Positions 15,968 through 26,031 of a stretch of DNA of 64,000 nt are shown piece by piece. The stretch covers positions 1,202 to 65,201 of the forward strand of contig CAYWIS010000003.1 in NCBI GenBank assembly GCA_964458385.1. Reading direction: 5' to 3'. Position 1 is the stretch's first letter; each line of letters opens with the position of its first letter. Below the pieces are notes generated by a model that had not been told where the DNA came from, searched no databases, and saw only the letters and a list, made by a program, of their open reading frames with translations. Origin of the DNA: an uncultured Pirellulaceae bacterium (lineage in GTDB: Bacteria; Planctomycetota; Planctomycetia; Pirellulales; Pirellulaceae). The translations under genes and the position numbers were made by a program.

Positions 15968-18900
15968 ATGATGCGATTCAACACGGCGATCATTCTACTC
16001 ACTTGGTGCTTTGCCTCTTCTAGCTTGGCTGATGACACGTCTATCGAGGGACTTCGACTTCCCGAAGGATTTCGGGTATCGCTCTATGCCGATGACGACT
16101 TAGCGCACGATATCTATACGCTGACCTTGGACTCCGCAGGGCGAGTCGTTGTAGCTGGACGTGGTTACGTGAAAGTGTTGCATGATGACGACGGTGACGG
16201 CCGGGCCGATCGTTCGACGTTATTTTCGAATACACCTGCCGCAGGCGCTCGCGGTATGGTGTTCGATGGCCCCCATCTCGTTTGCACCGGGGATAACGCC
16301 CTGGCTCGCTATGAAGATCACGATGGAGACCTTGTCGCCGATGGCCCACCCGTAATTCTGGCGCGGCTCAAGCAAGCTGGCGAGCACTCATCCAACGGCG
16401 TAGTGAAAGGCCCCGATGGTTGGTATTACGTTGTTTGCGGCAATGAAGTGGGGATTGATACAAGCCACGTAACGACTCCCGGTTCGCCCGTGAAGCGGCC
16501 GCATCAAGGCGCTATTGTGCGCGTCGCGCCCGATGGCTCACAGTCGGAAGTCGTCGCCCACGGATTTCGAAATCCCTATGACTTGGCCATCGACGCCCGC
16601 GGTGCGGTCCTTGTGGTGGACTCCGACGGCGAGCGGGACCAATATCTCCCTTGGTACAGCCCCACGCGTTTGTTTGACGTAGCCGCAGGAATGCACCATG
16701 GCTGGATGCTTTCGGGATGGTCGCGCAGTTGGAACCGACCGCCATGGTTTTTTGACACAGCGCCTCGCTTGGTGGAAATTGGCCGCGGATCGCCCACGGG
16801 CGCCGTCGTCTATCGTCACCGCCAATTCCCGGAAGCGTACCGAGGTGGCATATTCAGCGCCTGCTGGAGTCTGGGACGCATCTACTATTTTCCACTCGCC
16901 TCGGAAGGCGCCAGTTACGCAAGCCATTGCGAGGTGTTTCTACAAGCTACCGGCGGCGCAGGCTTCGCCCCCGTCGATCTGGCTGTCGGCCCAAAAGGCG
17001 ATCTGTTTGTAGCTATTGGCGGCCGCGGCACACGAGGCGGAGTTTTCCGCATTTCTTACGAATCGCCAGAGGCGCCGCCCTCCGACACGCCGAATGTTGA
17101 TCCCGTATCGCGTGTATTGAATGCTGATCAACCGTTGGCAAGCTGGTCTCGTGCGCAGTGGATTCCCTTGGCGAAGGAGTTAGGGGCGAAGGCCTTCGAG
17201 CGCGCAGCTTGTGATCCTTCGCTGTCAGTTGCCGAGCGGGGGCGCGCCGTCGAAGTTTTGGTTGAATTGTTCGACGGTCTACGCCCTCAGGTCGCAAGCG
17301 AAATAATCGATAGCGCTGAGCCGGACGTGATCGCTCGCGTCGCATGGGCTCTAGCACGCCGACCGCAGGACGTAAACAGCGAAACATTGCTTGCTCGGCT
17401 GACACATAGCCAGCACCCCTGGGTGGAGCGAGTCGCGTGGGAGGGTCTAGCTGCGTTGCCTGCCTTAACCGACGCATCGCTAACGGCTGATTGGGACGAC
17501 GTACACGACCATGTTCATCGTCGCGTCCGCGCCGCGGCGATTCTCGCCGGGGCCCGCTTGAGTGAGTCGGGATGGGCCAAGGCCGAAGCAACGGATCGAT
17601 CACTTCCTGTGAAACTCGCCGGGCTGTGGGTCCGGCACTACCGAGGCCAACTTCAAGCGGCGGACTTTACGACGGCCTTGGAAATGCTCCGGCAAACCGA
17701 CACCCCAGAACAGTTACTGGAGATCGTGCGACTGTTGCAAATCGTATTGGGCGACGTCCGTGTCGAACCGACGAAGCCCGGCGTGTATGCAGGTTATCAA
17801 CGTAATGAAACACCAGGGGCTGTACCGCCCGAACAACTGCAGTCCGCCATGCAACGGTTAGCCGTAATTTTCCCCTCGGGTAATGAGCCGCTCGACCGAG
17901 AAATCGCCCGGTTGGCAGGCATGCTGCAAATCACGTCGTCGGAAATCCTCGCAGACTTAGCGGCCAAGTGGACGCCGGAGAGTCGCGTGGAGGACGACAT
18001 TCATTATCTTATCGTGCTCTCGCGGATTCCCGGCAAGCGCAGCGTAGGGGTCACCCGGCGCACGGCCGCCGCACTAGCGCGTTTGCATCACAAGATGCAG
18101 CAAGGGAACTTCTACGCTAGTCGTTTTTGGCCCGAGCGTGTGGGCGAGACATTTGCCGAATTGCTCCGCCGCGATCCTGCGTTGGCGGACACGTTCGTTA
18201 GCGATCCGGCCTTGGAGTTGCCTGCTCAAAGCATCCTAGCGCTGCAACTTCCATTGGTGCAGCAGCGACAAGCGGCACAGCGATTATTGGATCGAGCCGA
18301 AGAATGGTCGGCTGACCTTGTGCGTCTAGTTGCTACGCTTCCCGCCGACGAACATCGCCCAGTGCTCCGCGCCCTATGGGACCGCGACATTGCCTTACGC
18401 GAAGCGGCCATTGTGCCCTTAGCGGTTAACCCCCACGAAGACGACCGCGCGCGGTTTGTCGAAACGTTGCGAAGTGGCGGTCCCGATGTGGCGGCGACCG
18501 CCGCCCAGGCGCTGCTCCGCCTCAATTCTCGCGCGCGTCCCGAAGAAATAGCGACCGCCCTCACCGCGTTTCGGCAGTACATGCGCGAGCGCCAGTATCA
18601 CGACACCGCGCAAGCATTGCATCAATTGCTTTCGAAGTGGACTAACCAGTCGCTGGCCGACTTGGCGACGTTGAACAAAAACCCCGTCGCAACCTATGAG
18701 GCATGGGCCGCATGGTTCACCAAGACCTACCCTCGTTACGTACACCATTTGAGCGCAGCGTCGGGTGAAGACAGCGCCGCGTTCCTCGCTCGACTGGATA
18801 ACCTGGATTGGTCGCACGGCGATCAAGAGCGAGGCCGGTTAGCGTTCCAGAAGTTCTCCTGCGCGCGCTGTCACGAAGGAGCTTCTCGCTGGGGCCCTGA

Positions 18901-19225
18901 TCTGAAGGGTGTTGGCAACCGTTTCTCTCGCCGCGATCTTTTCCTGGCCATTATCGACCCCAATCGCGATGTATCACCCGCGTACCGGGCGATGCAAGTC
19001 GTCACAAGTTCCGGTCGTGTGGTGGTTGGGCAAATCGTCTATGAGTCCCCCGAAGCCACCTTGGTGCAAACTGGTCCCGACACGACCGTGCGAATTGCTG
19101 ACGACGAGATCCAATCGATCGGCACGAGCTTGCTCTCGCCCATGCCAACGGGCCTGCTGCGAAACGCTACCGACGAAGAATTAGTCGATCTGTACGTCTA
19201 CTTGCGTTCCCTGGGCAATCGTTAA
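15968..19225 (+). CDS. planctomycete-type membrane-bound dehydrogenase domain / HEAT-repeat / C-terminal cytochrome c (CxxCH) protein
   Basis: ORF 15863..19225. A signal peptide begins at the ATG at 15968 (MMRFNTAIILLTWCFASSSLA). The N-terminal LPEGFRVSLYADDDL...DGDGRADR propeller-like region is followed by a long helical repeat region and a C-terminal FSCARCHEG heme-binding site. Confidence 0.85.
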   Translation: MMRFNTAIILLTWCFASSSLADDTSIEGLRLPEGFRVSLYADDDLAHDIYTLTLDSAGRVVVAGRGYVKVLHDDDGDGRADRSTLFSNTPAAGARGMVFDGPHLVCTGDNALARYEDHDGDLVADGPPVILARLKQAGEHSSNGVVKGPDGWYYVVCGNEVGIDTSHVTTPGSPVKRPHQGAIVRVAPDGSQSEVVAHGFRNPYDLAIDARGAVLVVDSDGERDQYLPWYSPTRLFDVAAGMHHGWMLSGWSRSWNRPPWFFDTAPRLVEIGRGSPTGAVVYRHRQFPEAYRGGIFSACWSLGRIYYFPLASEGASYASHCEVFLQATGGAGFAPVDLAVGPKGDLFVAIGGRGTRGGVFRISYESPEAPPSDTPNVDPVSRVLNADQPLASWSRAQWIPLAKELGAKAFERAACDPSLSVAERGRAVEVLVELFDGLRPQVASEIIDSAEPDVIARVAWALARRPQDVNSETLLARLTHSQHPWVERVAWEGLAALPALTDASLTADWDDVHDHVHRRVRAAAILAGARLSESGWAKAEATDRSLPVKLAGLWVRHYRGQLQAADFTTALEMLRQTDTPEQLLEIVRLLQIVLGDVRVEPTKPGVYAGYQRNETPGAVPPEQLQSAMQRLAVIFPSGNEPLDREIARLAGMLQITSSEILADLAAKWTPESRVEDDIHYLIVLSRIPGKRSVGVTRRTAAALARLHHKMQQGNFYASRFWPERVGETFAELLRRDPALADTFVSDPALELPAQSILALQLPLVQQRQAAQRLLDRAEEWSADLVRLVATLPADEHRPVLRALWDRDIALREAAIVPLAVNPHEDDRARFVETLRSGGPDVAATAAQALLRLNSRARPEEIATALTAFRQYMRERQYHDTAQALHQLLSKWTNQSLADLATLNKNPVATYEAWAAWFTKTYPRYVHHLSAASGEDSAAFLARLDNLDWSHGDQERGRLAFQKFSCARCHEGASRWGPDLKGVGNRFSRRDLFLAIIDPNRDVSPAYRAMQVVTSSGRVVVGQIVYESPEATLVQTGPDTTVRIADDEIQSIGTSLLSPMPTGLLRNATDEELVDLYVYLRSLGNR

Positions 19226-19331
19226 GGCAGCGAAAGGCTGGCAGGCTGCAGCCTCGGCGCCATTGCGTCATCCCAATTTCGCTGCGCTACCAGCGTTTAA
19301 GGTGGGACGCTTCGTGCGTTCACTCTGCGGG

Positions 19332-20915
19332 TTACTCGGCGCTTTGGATCGACTCGTGGGCGTGCGTAATTCGTGCATCCTGTTGGCGCGCAAAGTCCTG
19401 TACCGCACGCAGCAAGTCCGGGTCGCGGATTTCATCGATCAAAGGCATCAACTCTCGGTGCTTCGCAGCAGCGTTTGGCATGTCGCCCTTGTGAAGATAA
19501 TAGGCCAATTGGCCCGCCAGACCGAAAGCTCGGAAATGCCGTTCGGTTTCCGGGAGATTCGCCAACTCGTTGAAAACTTGCAACGCCGCATTCCAGTTGC
19601 CGTCTTCCATATAGATCTTGGCAAGACTGCGCTTGGCCAAGTTCACATAATATTCATCCTGCGGGAAGTATTCCTCGACGCTCCGATATGCCGAAGCTGT
19701 ATGCACCGAACGAGCATAAAGCCACTGAAGTTGCGCTGTGGCCGATTTGGGCACCGGCGGCAACGAAGCCGGGTCATACTCGAGCAGGCTCGGCGGGCGC
19801 AAAGTCCAAGCCGCCGCGGCGCCGCCGATGAACGCAACAACCGCCGCGATTAAGGCATACCCCAGAAGACTCGGCCGTTGGGTTGTGGTGCGGGCCGAAG
19901 TCTTCATCAAGGCATCCAGGCGCTGGGTGGCTTCGCTTCGGGCGGTCGAGAACGAAGCCCAATCATTGGAGGCCCAATCATCTAATGACTCCGACCATTC
20001 CGCGTCACTCCCTTCCAGTCGCAAATCACGCAAGTCGCGCAAGATTTCGCTCGCCGACTGGTAACGATCCTGAGGAGACTTGGCCAACATCTTATGAACA
20101 ATGCGGCAAAGCCCTTCAGGTAAGTCGGGCCGCAGGTTTTCCAGGCGGTCGGGGGCCTTTTTCAGATGCTGCACCGCTACCGCCAGCGGGCTTTCGGCGT
20201 CGAACGGCGGCCGGCCAGCGAGCATGTGGTAACAGGTAACTCCAAACGAGTAGATGTCGCTACGTGGGTCAACTTCCCCTCCCTCGACCTGTTCAGGGCT
20301 CATATACAGGGGCGTACCCATCGTCATGCCCGCCTGCGTCAACTCAAGCGACTGGTTCGACGCGCGTGCCAGCCCGAAATCGGCCACCTTCACTTCGCCG
20401 CCAGGAGCGATCAAGATGTTCTCAGGCTTGATGTCGCGGTGCACGATTCCCCGTTGCCCGGCGCGGTGCAGCGCTGACGCAACTTGCCGCATAATGTTGA
20501 CCGCCGACGCGGTCGAAAGGGGGCCTTTGCGCAGCAAAAGTTGCTTAAGGTTCTGCCCAGCAACGTACTCCTGTGCGATGAAGTGTACCTTGTCGATACA
20601 GCCGACTTCGTGGATCTGCACGATATTAGCGTGCACCAACGAGGCCGCAGACTGGGCCTCATGATAGAAGCGGCGAAGATACGCAGGATCATCGGCTAAG
20701 GCCGGTAGCAACACTTTCAGCGCCACTTGTCGGCGCAGCGATAACTGTTCCGCCAAATACACCTCGGCCATGCCGCCGCGACCCAAGCGGCGGAGGAACT
20801 GATAATCCCCCAAGCGGCGGCCCGAGAGGTCAAGCCCCGGGGCGGCGCGGGTTATGTCCGACGCAGGCGGACTTCCACTCATAGCGGCTCCTGCTGGCGT
20901 ACCGATGGCGAGCAT
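19332..20915 (-). CDS. Ser/Thr protein kinase with one TM helix and extracytoplasmic TPR-like domain
   Basis: Hanks kinase motifs are present (GRGGMAEVY, VALKVL, HRDIKPENIL, DFGLAR, SPEQ). A TM segment (LLGYALIAAVVAFIGGAAAAW) is followed by a helical C-terminal domain. Confidence 0.9.
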   Translation of the reverse strand: MLAIGTPAGAAMSGSPPASDITRAAPGLDLSGRRLGDYQFLRRLGRGGMAEVYLAEQLSLRRQVALKVLLPALADDPAYLRRFYHEAQSAASLVHANIVQIHEVGCIDKVHFIAQEYVAGQNLKQLLLRKGPLSTASAVNIMRQVASALHRAGQRGIVHRDIKPENILIAPGGEVKVADFGLARASNQSLELTQAGMTMGTPLYMSPEQVEGGEVDPRSDIYSFGVTCYHMLAGRPPFDAESPLAVAVQHLKKAPDRLENLRPDLPEGLCRIVHKMLAKSPQDRYQSASEILRDLRDLRLEGSDAEWSESLDDWASNDWASFSTARSEATQRLDALMKTSARTTTQRPSLLGYALIAAVVAFIGGAAAAWTLRPPSLLEYDPASLPPVPKSATAQLQWLYARSVHTASAYRSVEEYFPQDEYYVNLAKRSLAKIYMEDGNWNAALQVFNELANLPETERHFRAFGLAGQLAYYLHKGDMPNAAAKHRELMPLIDEIRDPDLLRAVQDFARQQDARITHAHESIQSAE

Positions 20916-21255
20916 TCCTGCTCAGCTTTCCAGTATGGAGCGAGCCGCCGCATTTGACAACGCTGCGAATCGGCCAGACGGCCTTTTTCCGAAACCGCAG
21001 ACGGCAAGTCGCGACTGCCGGCGCTTCAGCGAGAAGAAACACGTTCCAAGCCGTCAATTGCGGTGTCCAGCCAGAAATCCGATACCGCCTTGACCGACAA
21101 AGCCACGAGCAGAAATTGCACACTGTCACGTAGACAACCACAAACAAGCGTTATCCCCACGAGGCGCCGAGACGGGCAATCTCACTGGGGACGGACCGCT
21201 TGGGAGCAACTTGCTTGGCGCCGCGAGGTGTCGACAGAGTGCGCACCGCGGGGGG

Positions 21256-22905
21256 CTAGGGCACGATCGTAAAGCGAATCGAGGCTTGGCCAAACCGCCG
21301 GCCTTTAAGATCTTCGACGGTCAGTTGCAAGGTGTACGGCCCCGGTGCGATGCGTTTGGGCATATACATGCGGAAGGGCACAAAGTAGTCGCGGCGACGA
21401 TTACGACATAGCTCCTTTTCAGCCGGGAAGACATGTTCGGCAACACGTTGTCCAGCGGCGTCAAAGATCTGATAACTCCCCTGCATCTCGGTTTCAAAGC
21501 CGTCCGGGCGAGCCTCAGTTACGAAGTTTTCTATCTCGGCGTATAGCAGTACTTCCTGATTTGGGCGGAATTCGTAAGGCGAGAACTCCGTATAGCTGCC
21601 AAAGTTAAACACCTGCGTACAAAACGCGAGGTTACGTACATCCAGGCCGCTTACCGACGCAAGATGGTACAGACCTTGATTCAGTTCGCGCAACGCTAAA
21701 CGAGCACGGCGGTCGGGAAGCGGCGCCCCCTGCTCATCCAGGAACACCCCCAGGCCGTGAAGCTGGTGCTTCCAGAACTCTTGCTCGGCAGGCGAAAACG
21801 CTTCGACGCCACGCACCGCGTCTGCATGACGCTGAGCAGCCAGATACAAAAGCCGCAAATACGCCTCTTTTCGGGCTCGTTCTTGTTGTCCTTGTCCAAA
21901 GGTGCGAGGTAACTCGGGAGGCGAAGACGATGCGGCCTCCGATTGACGTGCTTCGGCGAGTTCACCCTCTAATGCGGCAATCGCCAAGTTCAGGTGCTCG
22001 CGCCAATTAAGCGGCTCGGAGGCCGCTTTTGTCGCGCTCGCGGGTTGTGCGACGATTGTGCCCGGCGGTGTTGAATCCGACGACGAGGGCGACGTTTCGG
22101 AAGGCGCGGCGTTGTCGGCAGGAGCGGCTGATGCCTGCTGGTCAGCCGAAGGCTTGGCGTCGGCCGGCGTGCTCGAGTCGGCGAGTGTCTCGGCCGCCGG
22201 AGACGATTCTGGTTTGGTTTCCGCCTGCGGCGGAGGCTCAGATTTTGCCGCAGGTTCTGCCTGAGGCTTTGTCTCTGCCGGAGGTGATGGAGGTTCAGGC
22301 TGCGCCGCGGCTGGTTGCGGGGGAGGCGGGCTTTCCGCCGTCGCCGGCGCCGCTTGGGGAATCGCCGGTTGCTGACTCCGCTCGCGCTCCCGCTGCATCG
22401 CCTGATACGTCTTGTAGTTCAACACCGCTTGTAGCTGGATCGCGACCAACGGCCAATCGTTATCAGGCGTACTGCGGACAATCTTCTCCCAGCGGTCGTA
22501 TTCACTCGCGTCCACATCGGACCGGCTCTTGAGCTTTGCCAGCAGTTCCTCTTTCGTGGGCGCCGCGGCAGGAGAAAGCTGCACGTCGGCTGTTGTCGTG
22601 AACTCAGAAGGCGGCGTTGGCGGTTCTTCGTTAGTAACGGGGGGTATTCGGGTAGGGGCCAGTACATTGAACAATCCCCAACCCGACGGTTTAGCCGCCT
22701 CGTGGTGTTCCGCCGGAGTTGCGTTCTGACTTACGGCACTCGTCGCTGGAGAGGCACTGGGGATTGAAGCGGGCGCCTTCGCCTCGGTCTGCGATGCGGG
22801 ACGGCCCAATCCTGCAATACCCGAGGAGGATCCAAACTGCGCACAACCACATAGTCCGGCAGCGCCGGCAAGAAGCATCCAAGCTAGTGGAGTGACTACG
22901 CGCAT
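21256..22905 (-). CDS. secreted lipoprotein with Pro/Ala/Glu-rich linker and C-terminal beta-rich domain, hypothetical
   Basis: ORF 21256..22926 (GTG), with an ATG at 22905 giving MRVVTPLAWMLLAGAAGLCGC, a lipobox. Residues about 186-290 are low-complexity P/A/E/S quasi-repeats. No catalytic motif was recognised. Confidence 0.7.
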   Translation of the reverse strand: MRVVTPLAWMLLAGAAGLCGCAQFGSSSGIAGLGRPASQTEAKAPASIPSASPATSAVSQNATPAEHHEAAKPSGWGLFNVLAPTRIPPVTNEEPPTPPSEFTTTADVQLSPAAAPTKEELLAKLKSRSDVDASEYDRWEKIVRSTPDNDWPLVAIQLQAVLNYKTYQAMQRERERSQQPAIPQAAPATAESPPPPQPAAAQPEPPSPPAETKPQAEPAAKSEPPPQAETKPESSPAAETLADSSTPADAKPSADQQASAAPADNAAPSETSPSSSDSTPPGTIVAQPASATKAASEPLNWREHLNLAIAALEGELAEARQSEAASSSPPELPRTFGQGQQERARKEAYLRLLYLAAQRHADAVRGVEAFSPAEQEFWKHQLHGLGVFLDEQGAPLPDRRARLALRELNQGLYHLASVSGLDVRNLAFCTQVFNFGSYTEFSPYEFRPNQEVLLYAEIENFVTEARPDGFETEMQGSYQIFDAAGQRVAEHVFPAEKELCRNRRRDYFVPFRMYMPKRIAPGPYTLQLTVEDLKGRRFGQASIRFTIVP

Positions 22906-23105
22906 CGTCCTTGATGATCGAACCACCTATGTGAATTCGGGCCGCGAAGGATAATCATGGCCAGGCGATAGAGCAAGACCGATTGCTTTTTGGTACAATC
23001 GCTTAGTCCTTTGGCGTCCTACCGTGATCGCTAAGGGACGTCTCCAAACTACCTTCCGGTGCACGCTTCGCGTGTTGCCGTTCCTTCCTTCCGATCCCGC
23101 CTGGC

Positions 23106-25973
23106 ATGAAAGTTTCCAACCTTTGCCGTCGCGGCGTCATGGTGAGCGTTACCGTATGGCTGGTGTGTGTCGCCACGCGCATTGTTGCCGCAGACGCGAT
23201 ATCGCCTGAGCAGGAAAAGTTCTTCGAAGAAAAAGTCCGGCCTGTGTTGGCCAACCGTTGCTACGAATGCCACGGCCCCAAGAAGCAGGAGAGCGGTCTG
23301 CGACTTGATTTCCGGGACGGAGTGCTCAAGGGAGGCGACAGTGGAACTCCTGCCGCCGTTCCCGGCAAACCCGACGAAAGCCTTCTAGTGGCGGCGGTAC
23401 GCGGTACGGGCGATTACGAGATGCCGCCCAAAGGCAAACTCTCGCCCGAAGAGATCGACGTTCTTGCTAAGTGGGTGGAAATGGGTCTGCCTTGGCCGGC
23501 CTCGGATGCAGCGCCTGTCATCAAGAGCTTAGATGAACAAATCCAGGAAGTGCGGACCACACACTGGTCGTTTCAACCCATCCGGCGTCCTCCTGTACCC
23601 CAGGTGCAGGACCGTGATTGGCCCAATACGCCACTCGACAACTACGTACTCGCCAAACTGGAAGCAGCGGGACTGACTCCTTCGCCCGAAGCCGATCGGC
23701 GCACGCTCATCCGGCGGCTCTCATTCGACCTTACCGGGCTGCCGCCCACACCGGAACAAGTCGACGAGTTCCTGGCCGACAACGGACCTGACGCCTACGC
23801 TCGGCTGGTCGACCGCTTGTTAGCGTCGCCACACTACGGCGAGCGGTGGGGCCGTCACTGGCTCGACGTGGCCCGCTACGCCGATACTCGCGGGTACGCA
23901 TTCGCACAGGAACGAAGATACCCGTACGCCTACACGTACCGTGATTATGTGATTCAGTCGCTTAACGACGATCTTCCCTTTGACCGCTTTGTTTGCGAGC
24001 AATTAGCCGCTGACCTGCTTCCGCCGGAAGAAGGCAATCGGCCGCTAGCAGCGATGGGCTTTCTCACCGTTGGCCGCAAATTCAATAACCGTCACGACGA
24101 CTTGGACGACCAAATTGACGTCGTCGGACGGGGATTGTTGGGTTTAACGGTGGCCTGCGCCCGCTGTCACGACCACAAATACGATCCGATTCCCGCGGCC
24201 GATTATTACTCGCTTTATGGGGTATTCGCCAGTTCGCGTGAGCCCGAAGAACTACCGCTATTAGGCGATCCCGCGCAAGCGGCCGGTTACGAGGCCTTTA
24301 TGGCCGAGTTAAACAAACGACGCCAGGCGCTAGAGGATTACGAAAACGAAGTACGCGTTCAGATCCAGCAAGTGGCCCGTGAAAAGGCCACGGATTATCT
24401 GGCCCGTGCAGCCGAACTGCCCGAGTCGTCGCTTGAGGCGTTGCCGTTGATCTCGCTCAAGAAGGATGAACTGAAACCCCGGTTGCTTGAACGCTGGCGC
24501 CAATATCTCAGACGGCATAGCCAACCCGATCATCCCGTGTTCGGCCCGTGGTCCCTGCTGTTGCAGTTGCCCGACGACAATTTCGCTGCTCAAGCGGCCG
24601 ATGTCGTAGCGAAACTCACCGAGAAGCCCGAGGGTCTGGAAACGGGACAACTCAACCCCCGCGTCAAGGCGGTCTTCCTGGCTGAATCGCTGTCGGCCAA
24701 ATCCGATGTCGTGCGAGTCTACGGTCAACTGCTCGCCGAAGCGATGGAGCAATGGAAGCAAGCGGGCGGCGACCAGTCGGCCCAAGAGAAACTCTCGCCC
24801 GAGTGGCGGCAAGTGGCTGCGGTTCTGACCGCTGACGACGCTCCTACGACCATCTCACGCGGCGATGTGCGTGGCTTAATGGACCGTGCACAGCGGAATC
24901 GGCAGCGTGAGTTGGAAAAGCAAATCGAAACATTTCAGGCCAATTCGCCCAATGCGCCGCCACGCGCGATGGTGCTGGCGGAAAATGACCAACCTCATAA
25001 TCCGCGAATCTTCCTTCGTGGCGACGCTGCTCGGCCGGGCGATCCGGTTCCGCGGCAGTTTCTAGCCGTGCTGGAAGGCGCCGAGCGAAAGCCCTTTGTC
25101 CAAGGCAGTGGCCGTTTGGAATTAGCTCAAAAGATTGTGTCTGACGATAACCCCCTTACTGCCCGAGTCATCGTCAACCGCATCTGGATGCATCACTTTG
25201 GTCAACCGTTGGTCGATACGCCAAGCGATTTCGGCGTGCGCACCGCTAAGCCGGTACAAGCAGACGTTTTGGATTACCTGGCCGCCCTTCTGCGCGAAAG
25301 CGGCTGGTCCCTTAAAACACTGCACCGTGAAATCGTACTATCGGCCACCTACCGTCAAAGCTCAACCAGAGTGGATAGCCAAACCGGCGGTTCGGAATTG
25401 GCGACCAGCGTTTCAACGTCACCACCGGATCCACGGACTATTGACCCCGAAAATCGCTTGCTCTGGCGCATGAACCGCCGCCGGTTGGAGTTCGAGCCCT
25501 TGCGCGATTCACTGCTATTTGTGGCGGGACGGCTGGATACCACCATGGGCGGCCGACCGGCCGATCTGATCGAAGCGCCGTTCAGTCGGCGGCGAGCGGT
25601 TTACGGCTTTATCGATCGGCAGGACTTGCCGAACTTGCTGCGGGTGTTCGATTTTGCCAGCCCCGACCAGAGCGCTGCAAATCGGCCCCAAACCACGGTG
25701 CCGCAACAAGCGTTGTTCCTGATGAACTCGCCTTTTGTGATCGAGCAAGCGCAAGCCCTCGCGGCGCGCCCCGAAGTCGCTTCGGCCGCAACGGACGCCG
25801 AGAAGATCGCGGCCCTGTACCGCATCGTCTTCGCCCGTTCCCCCAGTGACGCGGAACAACAGGTCGCCTTGGATTTCGTGCAATCAACGCAAGCCGGATC
25901 CACGCCGCTGTCAACTCGGGAGCAGTTAGCGCAACTTCTGCTCCTGACAAACGAGTTCACCTTCGTTGACTAG
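23106..25973 (+). CDS. PSCyt1/PSCyt2/PSD1 (DUF1549/DUF1553) planctomycete cytochrome-c-domain protein
   Basis: 955 aa. It has the N-terminal CYECHGPKKQESGLRLD heme motif, the DUF1549 block (RRLSFDLTGLPPTPEQV, ASPHYGERWGRHWLDVARYADT), a CARCHDHKYDPI motif and the C-terminal DUF1553 block (NRIWMHHFG, TVPQQALFLMNSPF). Confidence 0.9.
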   Translation: MKVSNLCRRGVMVSVTVWLVCVATRIVAADAISPEQEKFFEEKVRPVLANRCYECHGPKKQESGLRLDFRDGVLKGGDSGTPAAVPGKPDESLLVAAVRGTGDYEMPPKGKLSPEEIDVLAKWVEMGLPWPASDAAPVIKSLDEQIQEVRTTHWSFQPIRRPPVPQVQDRDWPNTPLDNYVLAKLEAAGLTPSPEADRRTLIRRLSFDLTGLPPTPEQVDEFLADNGPDAYARLVDRLLASPHYGERWGRHWLDVARYADTRGYAFAQERRYPYAYTYRDYVIQSLNDDLPFDRFVCEQLAADLLPPEEGNRPLAAMGFLTVGRKFNNRHDDLDDQIDVVGRGLLGLTVACARCHDHKYDPIPAADYYSLYGVFASSREPEELPLLGDPAQAAGYEAFMAELNKRRQALEDYENEVRVQIQQVAREKATDYLARAAELPESSLEALPLISLKKDELKPRLLERWRQYLRRHSQPDHPVFGPWSLLLQLPDDNFAAQAADVVAKLTEKPEGLETGQLNPRVKAVFLAESLSAKSDVVRVYGQLLAEAMEQWKQAGGDQSAQEKLSPEWRQVAAVLTADDAPTTISRGDVRGLMDRAQRNRQRELEKQIETFQANSPNAPPRAMVLAENDQPHNPRIFLRGDAARPGDPVPRQFLAVLEGAERKPFVQGSGRLELAQKIVSDDNPLTARVIVNRIWMHHFGQPLVDTPSDFGVRTAKPVQADVLDYLAALLRESGWSLKTLHREIVLSATYRQSSTRVDSQTGGSELATSVSTSPPDPRTIDPENRLLWRMNRRRLEFEPLRDSLLFVAGRLDTTMGGRPADLIEAPFSRRRAVYGFIDRQDLPNLLRVFDFASPDQSAANRPQTTVPQQALFLMNSPFVIEQAQALAARPEVASAATDAEKIAALYRIVFARSPSDAEQQVALDFVQSTQAGSTPLSTREQLAQLLLLTNEFTFVD

Positions 25974-26031
25974 CTCCTGCAGTCGTAGGCGTGTAAGGAA
26001 GCGCGCCTTGTTGTCGAAAAGTATCGTGTGA

